34,479 nt of DNA, from NCBI GenBank assembly GCA_003643975.1, contig QNAR01000001.1, positions 1-34,479 of the forward strand, given 5' to 3'. The notes under the pieces are model-generated. The model was not told the origin of the DNA, did no database searches, and saw only the letters and a list, made by a program, of their open reading frames with translations. Shown piece by piece: positions 9,089 through 16,838 of this stretch. Source of the stretch: Thermotogota bacterium. Lineage in GTDB: Bacteria; Thermotogota; Thermotogae; Petrotogales; Kosmotogaceae. The position numbers and the translations under genes are program-made. The stretch's first letter is position 1; each line of letters starts with the position of its first letter.

Positions 9089-10051
9089 TTATTTTCTTAA
9101 AAGGACATTTTTAACGCTGGCTGCTATATCCTGAGCTGTCATATTGAAGCGTTTCTTCAGGTAGTCAACATCTCCAACTTCGCCAAACAAATCTTTTACC
9201 CCCACTCTTTCAATGGGTACAGGGCACGTTTCAGCGACCACTTCGGCAACTGCAGAACCAAGGCCGTTATATATATTGTGGTTTTCGGCTGTCACAATTG
9301 CCCCGGTTTCAGATGCACATTTTTCAATGAGCTCTCTATCTATGGGTTTAATGGTAAAGATGTTAACTACTCTTGCATCAATGCCCTCACTTGCCAGCAA
9401 ATCAGCGGCATCAAGAGCTTCTGCCACCATGATTCCCGTGGCAATAATAGTGACATCTTTCCCTTCTCTGAGAACTATTCCTTTTCCAATCTCAAAACTT
9501 GAACCTTCTTCGAATACCCGTATTGTTGTTTTTCTCGAAATCCTCACGTAGAATGGTCCGTAAGAATAGGTTATGTCTTTTAGAAGGGCTTTCATCATTA
9601 CAGTATCAACAGGCTCTATAATCGTGATGGTAGGAATTCCCCTCACAAAGCCAATATCTTCCAAAGGCATATGAGTTCCACCGTTATATGCAGCGGTTAC
9701 TCCTGGATCTGTTGCCATCATCTTCACGTTTAGCTTGTTATAGGCTATGGAGATATATACCTGATCAAGAGCCCTTCTAGTGCTGAAACAAGCAAAGGTA
9801 TGAGTGAAGGGGATCTTGCCAGTGGCAGAAAGACCTGCGGCAATGCCCATCATATTGGCTTCCTGAACTCCCACGTTAATCGCTCTTTCAGGGAATTTTT
9901 CTAAAAATCTGTAAGTACCATTGGAATGCATCAAATCCGCATCGAGTACGATTATATTTGGATCACTCTTTGCAAACTCTATGAGCTGGTCGATATAGAC
10001 ATCTCTCATCATTACAGTGTCGGGTTTTCTCTTTTCAACGAGTTTGATCAT
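9089..10051 (-). CDS. Split transketolase, C-terminal (pyrimidine-binding + C-terminal domain) subunit
   Basis: VLDADL, NVGVQEANMMGIAAG, RALDQ, NGGTHM, TIKPID and AENH motifs. ATGA overlap with the N-subunit. Confidence 0.92.
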   Translation of the reverse strand: MIKLVEKRKPDTVMMRDVYIDQLIEFAKSDPNIIVLDADLMHSNGTYRFLEKFPERAINVGVQEANMMGIAAGLSATGKIPFTHTFACFSTRRALDQVYISIAYNKLNVKMMATDPGVTAAYNGGTHMPLEDIGFVRGIPTITIIEPVDTVMMKALLKDITYSYGPFYVRISRKTTIRVFEEGSSFEIGKGIVLREGKDVTIIATGIMVAEALDAADLLASEGIDARVVNIFTIKPIDRELIEKCASETGAIVTAENHNIYNGLGSAVAEVVAETCPVPIERVGVKDLFGEVGDVDYLKKRFNMTAQDIAASVKNVLLRK

Positions 10052-10902
10052 CTAAGATCCCTTTCTTTCTCTTCCCATTCTTTTTGTAACGCGCTTATGG
10101 CATCGTTGATCTGCTCCTCATTAAACTTCATATGGTGGTTCAGCTCTATGCCTTCTGCAAAAGTGCAGCCTTTTCCTTTTATTGTGTGTAAAACAATTAC
10201 AGAGCTTTTCCCTTTTGTTTCCTTTGCTCTTTGTATTGCTTCATGTATCTGCATGACATTATGCCCATCAACATCCTGAGCGTGCCAGCCAAATTCCTCC
10301 CATTTTTTCCTCAAATCCCCAAGTGGATTGATATTGTCAATGTATCCATCAAGCTGTTGCTTGTTGTAATCGATGAACACTATGAGGTTATCGAGTCCGG
10401 CATTTCCAGCGAATAATGCACCTTCCCAAACCTGTCCTTCCTGGCATTCTCCATCGCCTAAAAGAACATAAACATAGTTTTCCTTGTTGTCCATCTTATG
10501 CCCCAGGGCAATTCCTATACCCATAGAAATACCCTGTCCGAGGGAGCCTGTGGACATATCTATACCCGGGGTATGATTTCTGTCAGCATGACTCGGTAAA
10601 TCCGTTCCCCCTCGATTCAGCGTTTTCAACCATTCCATGGGGAAAAAACCCTTCAAAGCCAGCGTTGCATACAAAGAAGGGCCTGCATGACCCTTTGACA
10701 TCACAAACCAATCACGGTCTTCCCATTTTGGGTTCTTGGGATCGTATCTCATAACTTTGCCATAAAGCACTGCGAGCAGTTCAACAATTGACATCGCGCC
10801 ACCAATGTGGCCAAATCCGAGATATCCGAGCTCCTTCAAGGTTTCAATGCGAATTTTTGTTGCGAATATTTCCAGTTCTTTCATTTCGTTGTCTGTGAGC
10901 AT
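10048..10902 (-). CDS. Split transketolase, N-terminal ThDP-binding subunit
   Basis: GHIGG, DRDWFVMSKGH, STGSLGQG, the GDGE...N ThDP motif and TIKGKG. Confidence 0.93.
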   Translation of the reverse strand: MLTDNEMKELEIFATKIRIETLKELGYLGFGHIGGAMSIVELLAVLYGKVMRYDPKNPKWEDRDWFVMSKGHAGPSLYATLALKGFFPMEWLKTLNRGGTDLPSHADRNHTPGIDMSTGSLGQGISMGIGIALGHKMDNKENYVYVLLGDGECQEGQVWEGALFAGNAGLDNLIVFIDYNKQQLDGYIDNINPLGDLRKKWEEFGWHAQDVDGHNVMQIHEAIQRAKETKGKSSVIVLHTIKGKGCTFAEGIELNHHMKFNEEQINDAISALQKEWEEKERDLR

Positions 10903-10908
10903 CAGAGT

Positions 10909-12171
10909 TTATTCACCTCGCTTGATTTTAGGGAGTGTAGAAGCTCCAAGGGGAAATACGGCGTATTTTGCGTTCATCCCCTTTTCACCAAAAGCTTCTT
11001 TTACAGCTTCAGTAGGGTTATCAAAGCATCTTATGCCAACTAACTTTTCTTCTGCGAATTCTTTATTGGTAACCAGGAAAATTTCCGATGTTTTTAACAC
11101 GACTTTGGATATTGCAGCTGCTTTGTGGCCACCCAGGACAAAATTTTCTTTCAGGCCTTCAACCAGTTCCGTAGGCTTTTTTCCAGAGGTAATCCATTCT
11201 TTGAAAGTTTTACTTCCGTATTTCTCTGGACATTCGGCAAAAAGAATCATTCTACCACCGGGTTTCAAAACCCCGGCGCAGTTATCTATCGCCTTTTGCG
11301 CTTGATAGAGGTTGATATCCTTTGGATATCCTCCAGCGCTTACAATGACAATGTCAAGAGGCTCTTTAATGGGAACAAGCCCACTTTTTTCAAGGCGTTC
11401 AGCCAATATCCTGTGTGCCTTGATCCAATCACCAGAAGCAGCATCGATCACTCTATGATGTTCGCCCACAACCACGTTCAAGACGAAATCAATTCCCAGA
11501 AAACTCACACCCTCTTCGATATCCATGCGTACAGGATTGTCGTAAATAGAAGCCGCTTCAGCACCATCTTCCATCATGTGGCTGTGATTTTGTCTGATCG
11601 TTTTGGCAGAAGCGACACCGGGTAGAATGGCTTTGGCACCACCGGAAAATCCGGCAAAATAATGAAATTCCACGTTGCCAAGGCAAATTCTGAAATCAGC
11701 CTCAACAACAGGGCGAAAAAATTCTACTCTCGTCCCCCGGGTGGTTGTGCCCACATAAACCGTATTGTCCACGTCATGATTCAAAACTCTAATTCTTTCG
11801 TAGATACTTTTGCCAACCGCCTTTTGCAATTCATCTTCCGTCATCTTTCTGTGAAGGCCTAAGGCAATTACAATTGTTATATCCTCATCATTCACACCTG
11901 CTTTATTCAGCCTGTCAATGACATGAGGCAAAAGAACATCACTGGGGCATGGCCGGGTCAAATCGCTGGTCACTATCACCACTTTCTGTCCTGGCTTAAC
12001 TAGCTGTTCAACTCTTTCCGTGCCCACCGGATGATTTAAGGCTTTTTCAACAAGTGCATTTTCTGAATCGGTGATGGATTGCCGTTGGGGGTGATACTCA
12101 CCAACAAATCCTTTCTCAGGTAATTCAACTTTTACAGTCGATTCACCATATGGAAGTTCAAAATTGAGCAT
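10909..12171 (-). CDS. larA: LarA-family nickel-pincer-dependent 2-hydroxyacid racemase/epimerase (predicted malate racemase)
   Basis: SDLTRP, ALGLHR, NHD, FHYFAGFSGGAK, NHS, GGYPKDINLYQAQKA and GGHKA motifs. Family assignment is firm; the substrate is inferred from context. Confidence 0.88.
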   Translation of the reverse strand: MLNFELPYGESTVKVELPEKGFVGEYHPQRQSITDSENALVEKALNHPVGTERVEQLVKPGQKVVIVTSDLTRPCPSDVLLPHVIDRLNKAGVNDEDITIVIALGLHRKMTEDELQKAVGKSIYERIRVLNHDVDNTVYVGTTTRGTRVEFFRPVVEADFRICLGNVEFHYFAGFSGGAKAILPGVASAKTIRQNHSHMMEDGAEAASIYDNPVRMDIEEGVSFLGIDFVLNVVVGEHHRVIDAASGDWIKAHRILAERLEKSGLVPIKEPLDIVIVSAGGYPKDINLYQAQKAIDNCAGVLKPGGRMILFAECPEKYGSKTFKEWITSGKKPTELVEGLKENFVLGGHKAAAISKVVLKTSEIFLVTNKEFAEEKLVGIRCFDNPTEAVKEAFGEKGMNAKYAVFPLGASTLPKIKRGE

Positions 12172-13436
12172 TATTTTTCAACCTTCCTGTACGCCTTTTT
12201 CAGAGCCTTAATAAGAGGAAGCTCTTTGCCAGATAAGAAGCGTACCATAGCTCCTCCAGCAGTACATATATAGCCAAACTTCTTATTGGCATTTTCTACG
12301 AGCTTCTGCGCAGCGGAGACACTATCTCCGCCTCCGATAACGCTATAACCCGGAGCTTCAGCAATGGCATTCCATATCTCTCTTGTCCCCTTTTCAAAAA
12401 GCGGGTTTTCATACGCTCCAGCGGGCCCGTTTATAAAAATCGTTCCTGCTTTCATGATTTCACCCTTATACAGCTCTATGGTCTTTTCACCTATATCAAG
12501 GAAAAGAGCATTATCAATTGGAAGCTCGTTGATAGAGCATTCCACACGTTTTCCATCTTTTTCATATGCAAAGTCTACAGGATTGAGAAACCTGTCGCCA
12601 AAGCGAGCAAGATAATCTTTGGCAGGTTCAATGAAGGCATCGAGAGAACGATCGAAAATGAATTTTTCCTGCTGCTTGCCGACCGATCTTCCCATAGCCA
12701 TTTGCATGACTATTCCCGTCACACCACAGGTCAAGATTTTATCAGCAGTGCCATTTTCGAGGACCTGTTTCATCATTCCGAAAGCATCGGATATTTTCAA
12801 CCCTCCAAGAACAAAAACAGCGGGCTTTTCAGGGCTTTCCATCACTTTTGTTAATGCTGAAAGCTCTTTGAAGAGAAGCCTGCCTGCCGCCGTAGGCAAA
12901 AGCTCTTCGAAAGCGACCATGGAAGGTGAGTTCCTATGTGCTGCCGAAAAAGCGTCGTTTACATAGTAATCTGCAAGAGGGGCAAGATTACGAACTATGT
13001 AGGTATTCAACATCTCATGCGCTTCGAGCTTTACAGCGTTCTCAAAGGTTGAAACTTCTTCTGTTAGATATCTAACATTTCCCAGCAGTACCGCTTCGCC
13101 TGGCTTCAGGCTTTTCACCATTTCCTGCGCAGCCGGCCCGGCAACATCATCGATGTATTTCACGGGTTTTCCAAGCTTTTCTGACAACTTTTCAGCATGC
13201 TCAGCCATGGAAATGAGATTATGGTAATCGAGCGTATCTCCCTGATGTGCTAGTATAGCCAGCTTTGCCCCTTTTTCCATTAGTTCCCTGATTGTAGGTA
13301 TACTTTGATTTATTCTATTTTCATTGGCTATTTTTTTTGTTTTCGGATCGAGAGGGGAGTTGATATCAATCCTCAGGATAACTGTCTTATCATGGAAGTT
13401 AAAGTCATCGAGAGTATTTATCAAAATCTCTCGCAT
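12171..13436 (-). CDS. pgk: Phosphoglycerate kinase family, archaeal-like, with an altered substrate site
   Basis: RIDINSP, AHQGD (canonical H[LQ]GR), LLGNVRY, VNDAFSAAHR, LGGLK, NGPAG, GGGD and TAGGA motifs. 1-nt TAATG overlaps on both sides. Confidence 0.9.
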   Translation of the reverse strand: MREILINTLDDFNFHDKTVILRIDINSPLDPKTKKIANENRINQSIPTIRELMEKGAKLAILAHQGDTLDYHNLISMAEHAEKLSEKLGKPVKYIDDVAGPAAQEMVKSLKPGEAVLLGNVRYLTEEVSTFENAVKLEAHEMLNTYIVRNLAPLADYYVNDAFSAAHRNSPSMVAFEELLPTAAGRLLFKELSALTKVMESPEKPAVFVLGGLKISDAFGMMKQVLENGTADKILTCGVTGIVMQMAMGRSVGKQQEKFIFDRSLDAFIEPAKDYLARFGDRFLNPVDFAYEKDGKRVECSINELPIDNALFLDIGEKTIELYKGEIMKAGTIFINGPAGAYENPLFEKGTREIWNAIAEAPGYSVIGGGDSVSAAQKLVENANKKFGYICTAGGAMVRFLSGKELPLIKALKKAYRKVEK

Positions 13437-14458
13437 TACTTATGCCTCCCTATTTTTAGGTATTTGTTCGTAAGCCCAACGGCTTCCAGCCTATCCGCCT
13501 GCATTTCCATAGCGGCTCTGATACCATCAATCGTCTCGGGAATAACCACGGACTCTTGTGGAATATGCAGGGAATATATGAGGTGGTCTTCAAAAGGCGT
13601 AACTGTTTCTTCCCATATGGAAATTTCGTACATATCGCCGCGCGGATTTCCCAAATCACGTGCATAGCGGAATATGGAAGCGTTACCCAGAAAACCATCT
13701 TCTATTTTTACCAGCCTGATTCTTGGGTGTTCTCTGAATATCTCAATGGCCTCTTCTTTGGAAACTTTCTTTTTGGGTTTGGCAAAAACGGTGATGAAAT
13801 GACCATGGGTAACGGGAGTGTGCACCAAAACGCCGGTGGCCTTCACATGAGGCATTATGAGCATTAAGTCAACCGCTTGATGGTTAGGAACCGGATCAAC
13901 TTTCAGCGCATTAGTAAGACCTCTGTGGTAATCTCCCGGATCAGCAACACGCCTCACAATATGAATCATCGCGGATTCCACTCCAACAGCTCTATCTAAG
14001 CAATCTACAGAACGAATTAAACCAGTGGTATTGCATGAAGTAAGTTTCAAGAATTGTTTTCCTATACCTTTTTCATAATTTGCATATCCGTGAAAAAACA
14101 CATCGGCAACGCTTGTTTTTTCTCCACCCTGGAAAATAGCTTTTTTGCCGTATTTTTCGTAAAGGACTTTGTTTTTCGCACCTACGCCAGCATTGGTTGC
14201 ATCAAGAACTATATCCACTTTTTTAATCAGGTCTTCCAGATTTCCAGAAATAGGAATGCCAGCTTTTTCAACCTTTTCCCGGTTTTCCTCAACGGAAAGG
14301 TAAAAATCGTAGGGCATTCCCTTCTCTTTTAGAGCCCTAACGGCAAGCGTCGGAGCAACATCCGCTACACCAACAAGTTCCATGTCTTCTTGAAGTGCAA
14401 CTCCATCAGCGAGACGTTGGCCTATCACACCATAACCAACTACACCAACTTTTACCAT
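13436..14458 (-). CDS. gap: Type II (archaeal-class) glyceraldehyde-3-phosphate dehydrogenase homolog, first gene of the operon
   Basis: GYGVIGQRLAD, IFQGGEK, catalytic SCNTTGL, IVRRVADP, RDLGNPRGDMYE and QESVVIPETIDGIRA all match class II GAPDH. SD GGAGG. Confidence 0.9.
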   Translation of the reverse strand: MVKVGVVGYGVIGQRLADGVALQEDMELVGVADVAPTLAVRALKEKGMPYDFYLSVEENREKVEKAGIPISGNLEDLIKKVDIVLDATNAGVGAKNKVLYEKYGKKAIFQGGEKTSVADVFFHGYANYEKGIGKQFLKLTSCNTTGLIRSVDCLDRAVGVESAMIHIVRRVADPGDYHRGLTNALKVDPVPNHQAVDLMLIMPHVKATGVLVHTPVTHGHFITVFAKPKKKVSKEEAIEIFREHPRIRLVKIEDGFLGNASIFRYARDLGNPRGDMYEISIWEETVTPFEDHLIYSLHIPQESVVIPETIDGIRAAMEMQADRLEAVGLTNKYLKIGRHK

Positions 14459-14472
14459 ATTAAATCCCTCCT

Positions 14473-14486
14473 TGTATGCGTATTCA
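14473..14486. promoter_or_regulatory. Possible third LacI-type operator next to the gap RBS (overlaps a Rex-like half site)
   Basis: Minus strand TGAATACGCATACA matches 11/14 positions of TGTAAGCGCATACA at 14740-14753. Confidence 0.4.
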
Positions 14487-14611
14487 CAAATCCCTCATAC
14501 AACAAATCATCTCACAAAGAATACCGATGAACAAAACCTAAAGACCTCCCATTAACGGCTTTTATTTTCAGTTATTCCGAAATAATGTCGATTAAGCATT
14601 CTGTTCTCATA

Positions 14612-14627
14612 ATGTATTCGCTTACAT
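14612..14627. promoter_or_regulatory. LacI-family operator, copy 2
   Basis: ATGTATTCGCTTACAT is a pseudo-palindrome with central CG, 15/16 identical to the reverse complement of 14739-14754. Confidence 0.65.
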
Positions 14628-14647
14628 CCAGTTTTTTCGATCCAACT

Positions 14648-14665
14648 ATGCGTATTTTTTCACAA
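14648..14665. promoter_or_regulatory. Candidate Rex (NADH sensor) site
   Basis: ATGCGTA-TTTT-TTCACAA versus consensus TTGTGAA-N4-TTCACAA: right half perfect, left half 4/7. Confidence 0.35.
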
Positions 14666-14738
14666 TGTTATCCGCATAATGTGCCAATATAGCCGTTTTT
14701 ATGCTGTTTATAACTTTTATTCACAACATCTATTCTTA

Positions 14739-14754
14739 ATGTAAGCGCATACAT
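14739..14754. promoter_or_regulatory. LacI-family operator, copy 1
   Basis: ATGTAAGCGCATACAT is a near-perfect palindrome with central CG. It abuts a minus-strand TTGTCA -35-like hexamer (14754-14759). Confidence 0.68.
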
Positions 14755-14801
14755 GACAACTCACTTTACTCTCTGTATCGATAAAATAAATTTAAAAATT
14801 T

Positions 14802-14824
14802 AAAAAAGGGCCTTTAGGCCCTTT
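14802..14824 (-). terminator. Intrinsic terminator of the BMP-family gene
   Basis: Minus strand AAAGGGCC-TAAA-GGCCCTTT running into a T6 tract, about 30 nt after the stop codon. Confidence 0.85.
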
Positions 14825-14856
14825 GCATATATTATATTTCTCACACTGTTTTACTA

Positions 14857-15918
14857 TTACTGTCTTGGGATAGTTCCTACTACGTTATCTACAAACCAAT
14901 CCATGCTGAGAAGCTCACTATCTGAAGGAATATCTCCAGCGGGAACTCTGAGTTTGCCCTCCTGATCATACAGTGGACCAACAAATGGATGGAATGTTTC
15001 ACTGATAATAGCTTCTTTGAAAACGGAAACGAGTTTTTTAACCGTATTGGGAACAAGATCACTTATGTCTAAATCCACAACGCCGTCGGCCATACCACCC
15101 CAGTATTGCTCGCTCTTCCATGTTCCAGCCATAACCTCTTTTATAACCCTTTCATAATAAGGTCCCCAATTCCATACAGGCGCACCAAGATATGACTTGG
15201 GCGCGAATTTTTCCATGTCGCTGTTATAGCCAATTGAGTAAACGCCGTATTCTTGTGCAGCTTGTTGGGCAGCCGGTGAATCCTGACCCTGCGCTATTAC
15301 ATCCGCGCCGATATTCAATAAAGAAATCGCCGCTTCCTTTTCCAGTGCAGGGTCATACCAAGAATTCACCCAGATAACATGAACTTTCGCAGCTGGATTT
15401 ACATATTCTATGCCAAGGGCAAAGGCGTTTATTCCCCTCACGACCTCTGGAATAGGATAAGCAGCTACATAGCCTATGATGTTGCTCTTTGTCATGATTC
15501 CTGCTATAAGCCCTGAAAGGAAATCCGGCTCGTAAATCCTCCCAAAATATGTGCCAACATTATTGGCGGTTTTATAACCTGAGCAGTGCATGAAAATAGT
15601 TTTTGGATATTTTTTGGCAACGTTTATAACCGAGTCCATATAACCGAAGCTCGTCGCAAAGATCAAATCATATCCTCTCTGAGCGTAGCTTCTTATTACA
15701 CTTTCAGATTCAGCACCTTCAGGCACGCTTTCAATGAAATCAGTTTTGATGGCATCGCCGAATACCTTTTCTACGTACTGTCTTCCAAGATCATGTGCAT
15801 AAGTCCAGCCAGCATCGCCAACCGGTCCAACATAAACATACGCCACTTTCAGTGCTTTAGCAGACAGGAACATTGAAGCAAGCAAAATCGCTATAACCAA
15901 AATCGTGCGTCTTTTCAT
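14857..15918 (-). CDS. BMP/PnrA-family ABC substrate-binding protein (nucleoside/purine type)
   Basis: YVGPVGDAGWTYAH, IFATSFGY, PIPEVVRGINAFALG, WYDP and GYNSDM motifs. Signal peptide without Cys. Confidence 0.9.
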   Translation of the reverse strand: MKRRTILVIAILLASMFLSAKALKVAYVYVGPVGDAGWTYAHDLGRQYVEKVFGDAIKTDFIESVPEGAESESVIRSYAQRGYDLIFATSFGYMDSVINVAKKYPKTIFMHCSGYKTANNVGTYFGRIYEPDFLSGLIAGIMTKSNIIGYVAAYPIPEVVRGINAFALGIEYVNPAAKVHVIWVNSWYDPALEKEAAISLLNIGADVIAQGQDSPAAQQAAQEYGVYSIGYNSDMEKFAPKSYLGAPVWNWGPYYERVIKEVMAGTWKSEQYWGGMADGVVDLDISDLVPNTVKKLVSVFKEAIISETFHPFVGPLYDQEGKLRVPAGDIPSDSELLSMDWFVDNVVGTIPRQ

Positions 15919-16007
15919 AAAATCATCCCCTTTGCATTCAATATGAAATTAAAAACCTGTTCTAAATATGCTTTCACAACACCATGATACACAAAAATCC
16001 ATTTTTA

Positions 16008-16169
16008 TCATAGAAAATTGAGATCATACAATTCAAGATAAGCATCTCTTGCGAGTTTTTCTTCTTCCCCCATTAAAAGTATTCCATTTATTTCTTCATT
16101 GCTAAATGTTGCCGCGAATGCGTTAATTATCAAAAACAGAATTACTGATATAACTATCATCTTTTTCAT
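16008..16169 (-). pseudogene. Truncated DUF2202 (ferritin-like) secreted protein remnant, 53 aa
   Basis: Read manually: MKKMIVISVILFLIINAFAATFSNEEINGILLMGEEEKLARDAYLELYDLNFL*. Signal peptide plus EEEKLARDxY, which I recognise as the DUF2202 first helix. SD AAAGGA. Ends at TGA TAA. Confidence 0.72.
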
Positions 16170-16262
16170 TTTGTTCCTTTCATTTTCGTTGTATCCTAAC
16201 TCTATAATATAATCGAATACTTAGAGTTATCTTAAAGCAGACTTGGAATCCGAGGTGAAGAA

Positions 16263-16838
16263 ATGGAAAGAACAAGGTGTCCCTGGGCTGGAACGGATCC
16301 GCTGTATGTTAAATATCACGATGAAGAGTGGGGTGTTCCTGTACATTCAGATAGAATTCACTTTGAATTTTTGATTTTAGAAGGCGCTCAAGCGGGATTG
16401 AGTTGGGCAACAATATTGAAACGACGGGAAGGTTACCGAAAAGCCTTCAGCGGTTTTGACCCCGGGCTTGTTGCAGATTACGACAATGAAAAAATCGAAG
16501 AACTGCTAAAAAACAGCGGCATAATAAGGAATAAGCGGAAGATACTTTCCGCCATAAACAATGCCAGGGCATTTTTAGAAGTACAAAAAGAGTTTGGCTC
16601 TTTCGATTCTTATATCTGGAGTTTTGTTGGAGGAAACCCCATTGTGAACCAATGGAAAAGCCTCGAAGAAGTTCCAGCATATACTGAGCTTTCCATTGCG
16701 CTCAGCAAAGATTTGAAAAAGAGGGGTTTTAGTTTTGTTGGACCCACTATCACTTATGCTCACATGCAAGCCGTGGGGCTTGTAAACGATCATCTTGTGA
16801 GCTGCTTCAGACATAAAGAAGTACAGCAGTTTTATTGA
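16263..16838 (+). CDS. tag: DNA-3-methyladenine glycosylase I
   Basis: RCPW, YHDEEWGVP, LEGAQAGLSW, IIRNKRK, FVGPT and MQAVGLVNDHLVSC motifs. Confidence 0.96.
   Translation: MERTRCPWAGTDPLYVKYHDEEWGVPVHSDRIHFEFLILEGAQAGLSWATILKRREGYRKAFSGFDPGLVADYDNEKIEELLKNSGIIRNKRKILSAINNARAFLEVQKEFGSFDSYIWSFVGGNPIVNQWKSLEEVPAYTELSIALSKDLKKRGFSFVGPTITYAHMQAVGLVNDHLVSCFRHKEVQQFY

Noticed and set aside
12171-14458. Reading gap-pgk as the housekeeping glycolytic operon
   Set aside because: No tpi/eno/gpm, archaeal-class sequences, altered substrate motifs and translational coupling to larA-TK-iol genes. Not formally excluded without the rest of the genome.
14668-14725. DnaA-box-like 9-mers (TTATCCGCA, TTATTCACA) in an AT-rich intergenic region
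   Set aside because: Too few, no origin-associated genes, and better explained as parts of the operator or Rex-like motifs.
15919-16262. Possible purine riboswitch upstream of the BMP gene
   Set aside because: No purine aptamer core found; most of the space is the DUF2202 remnant.
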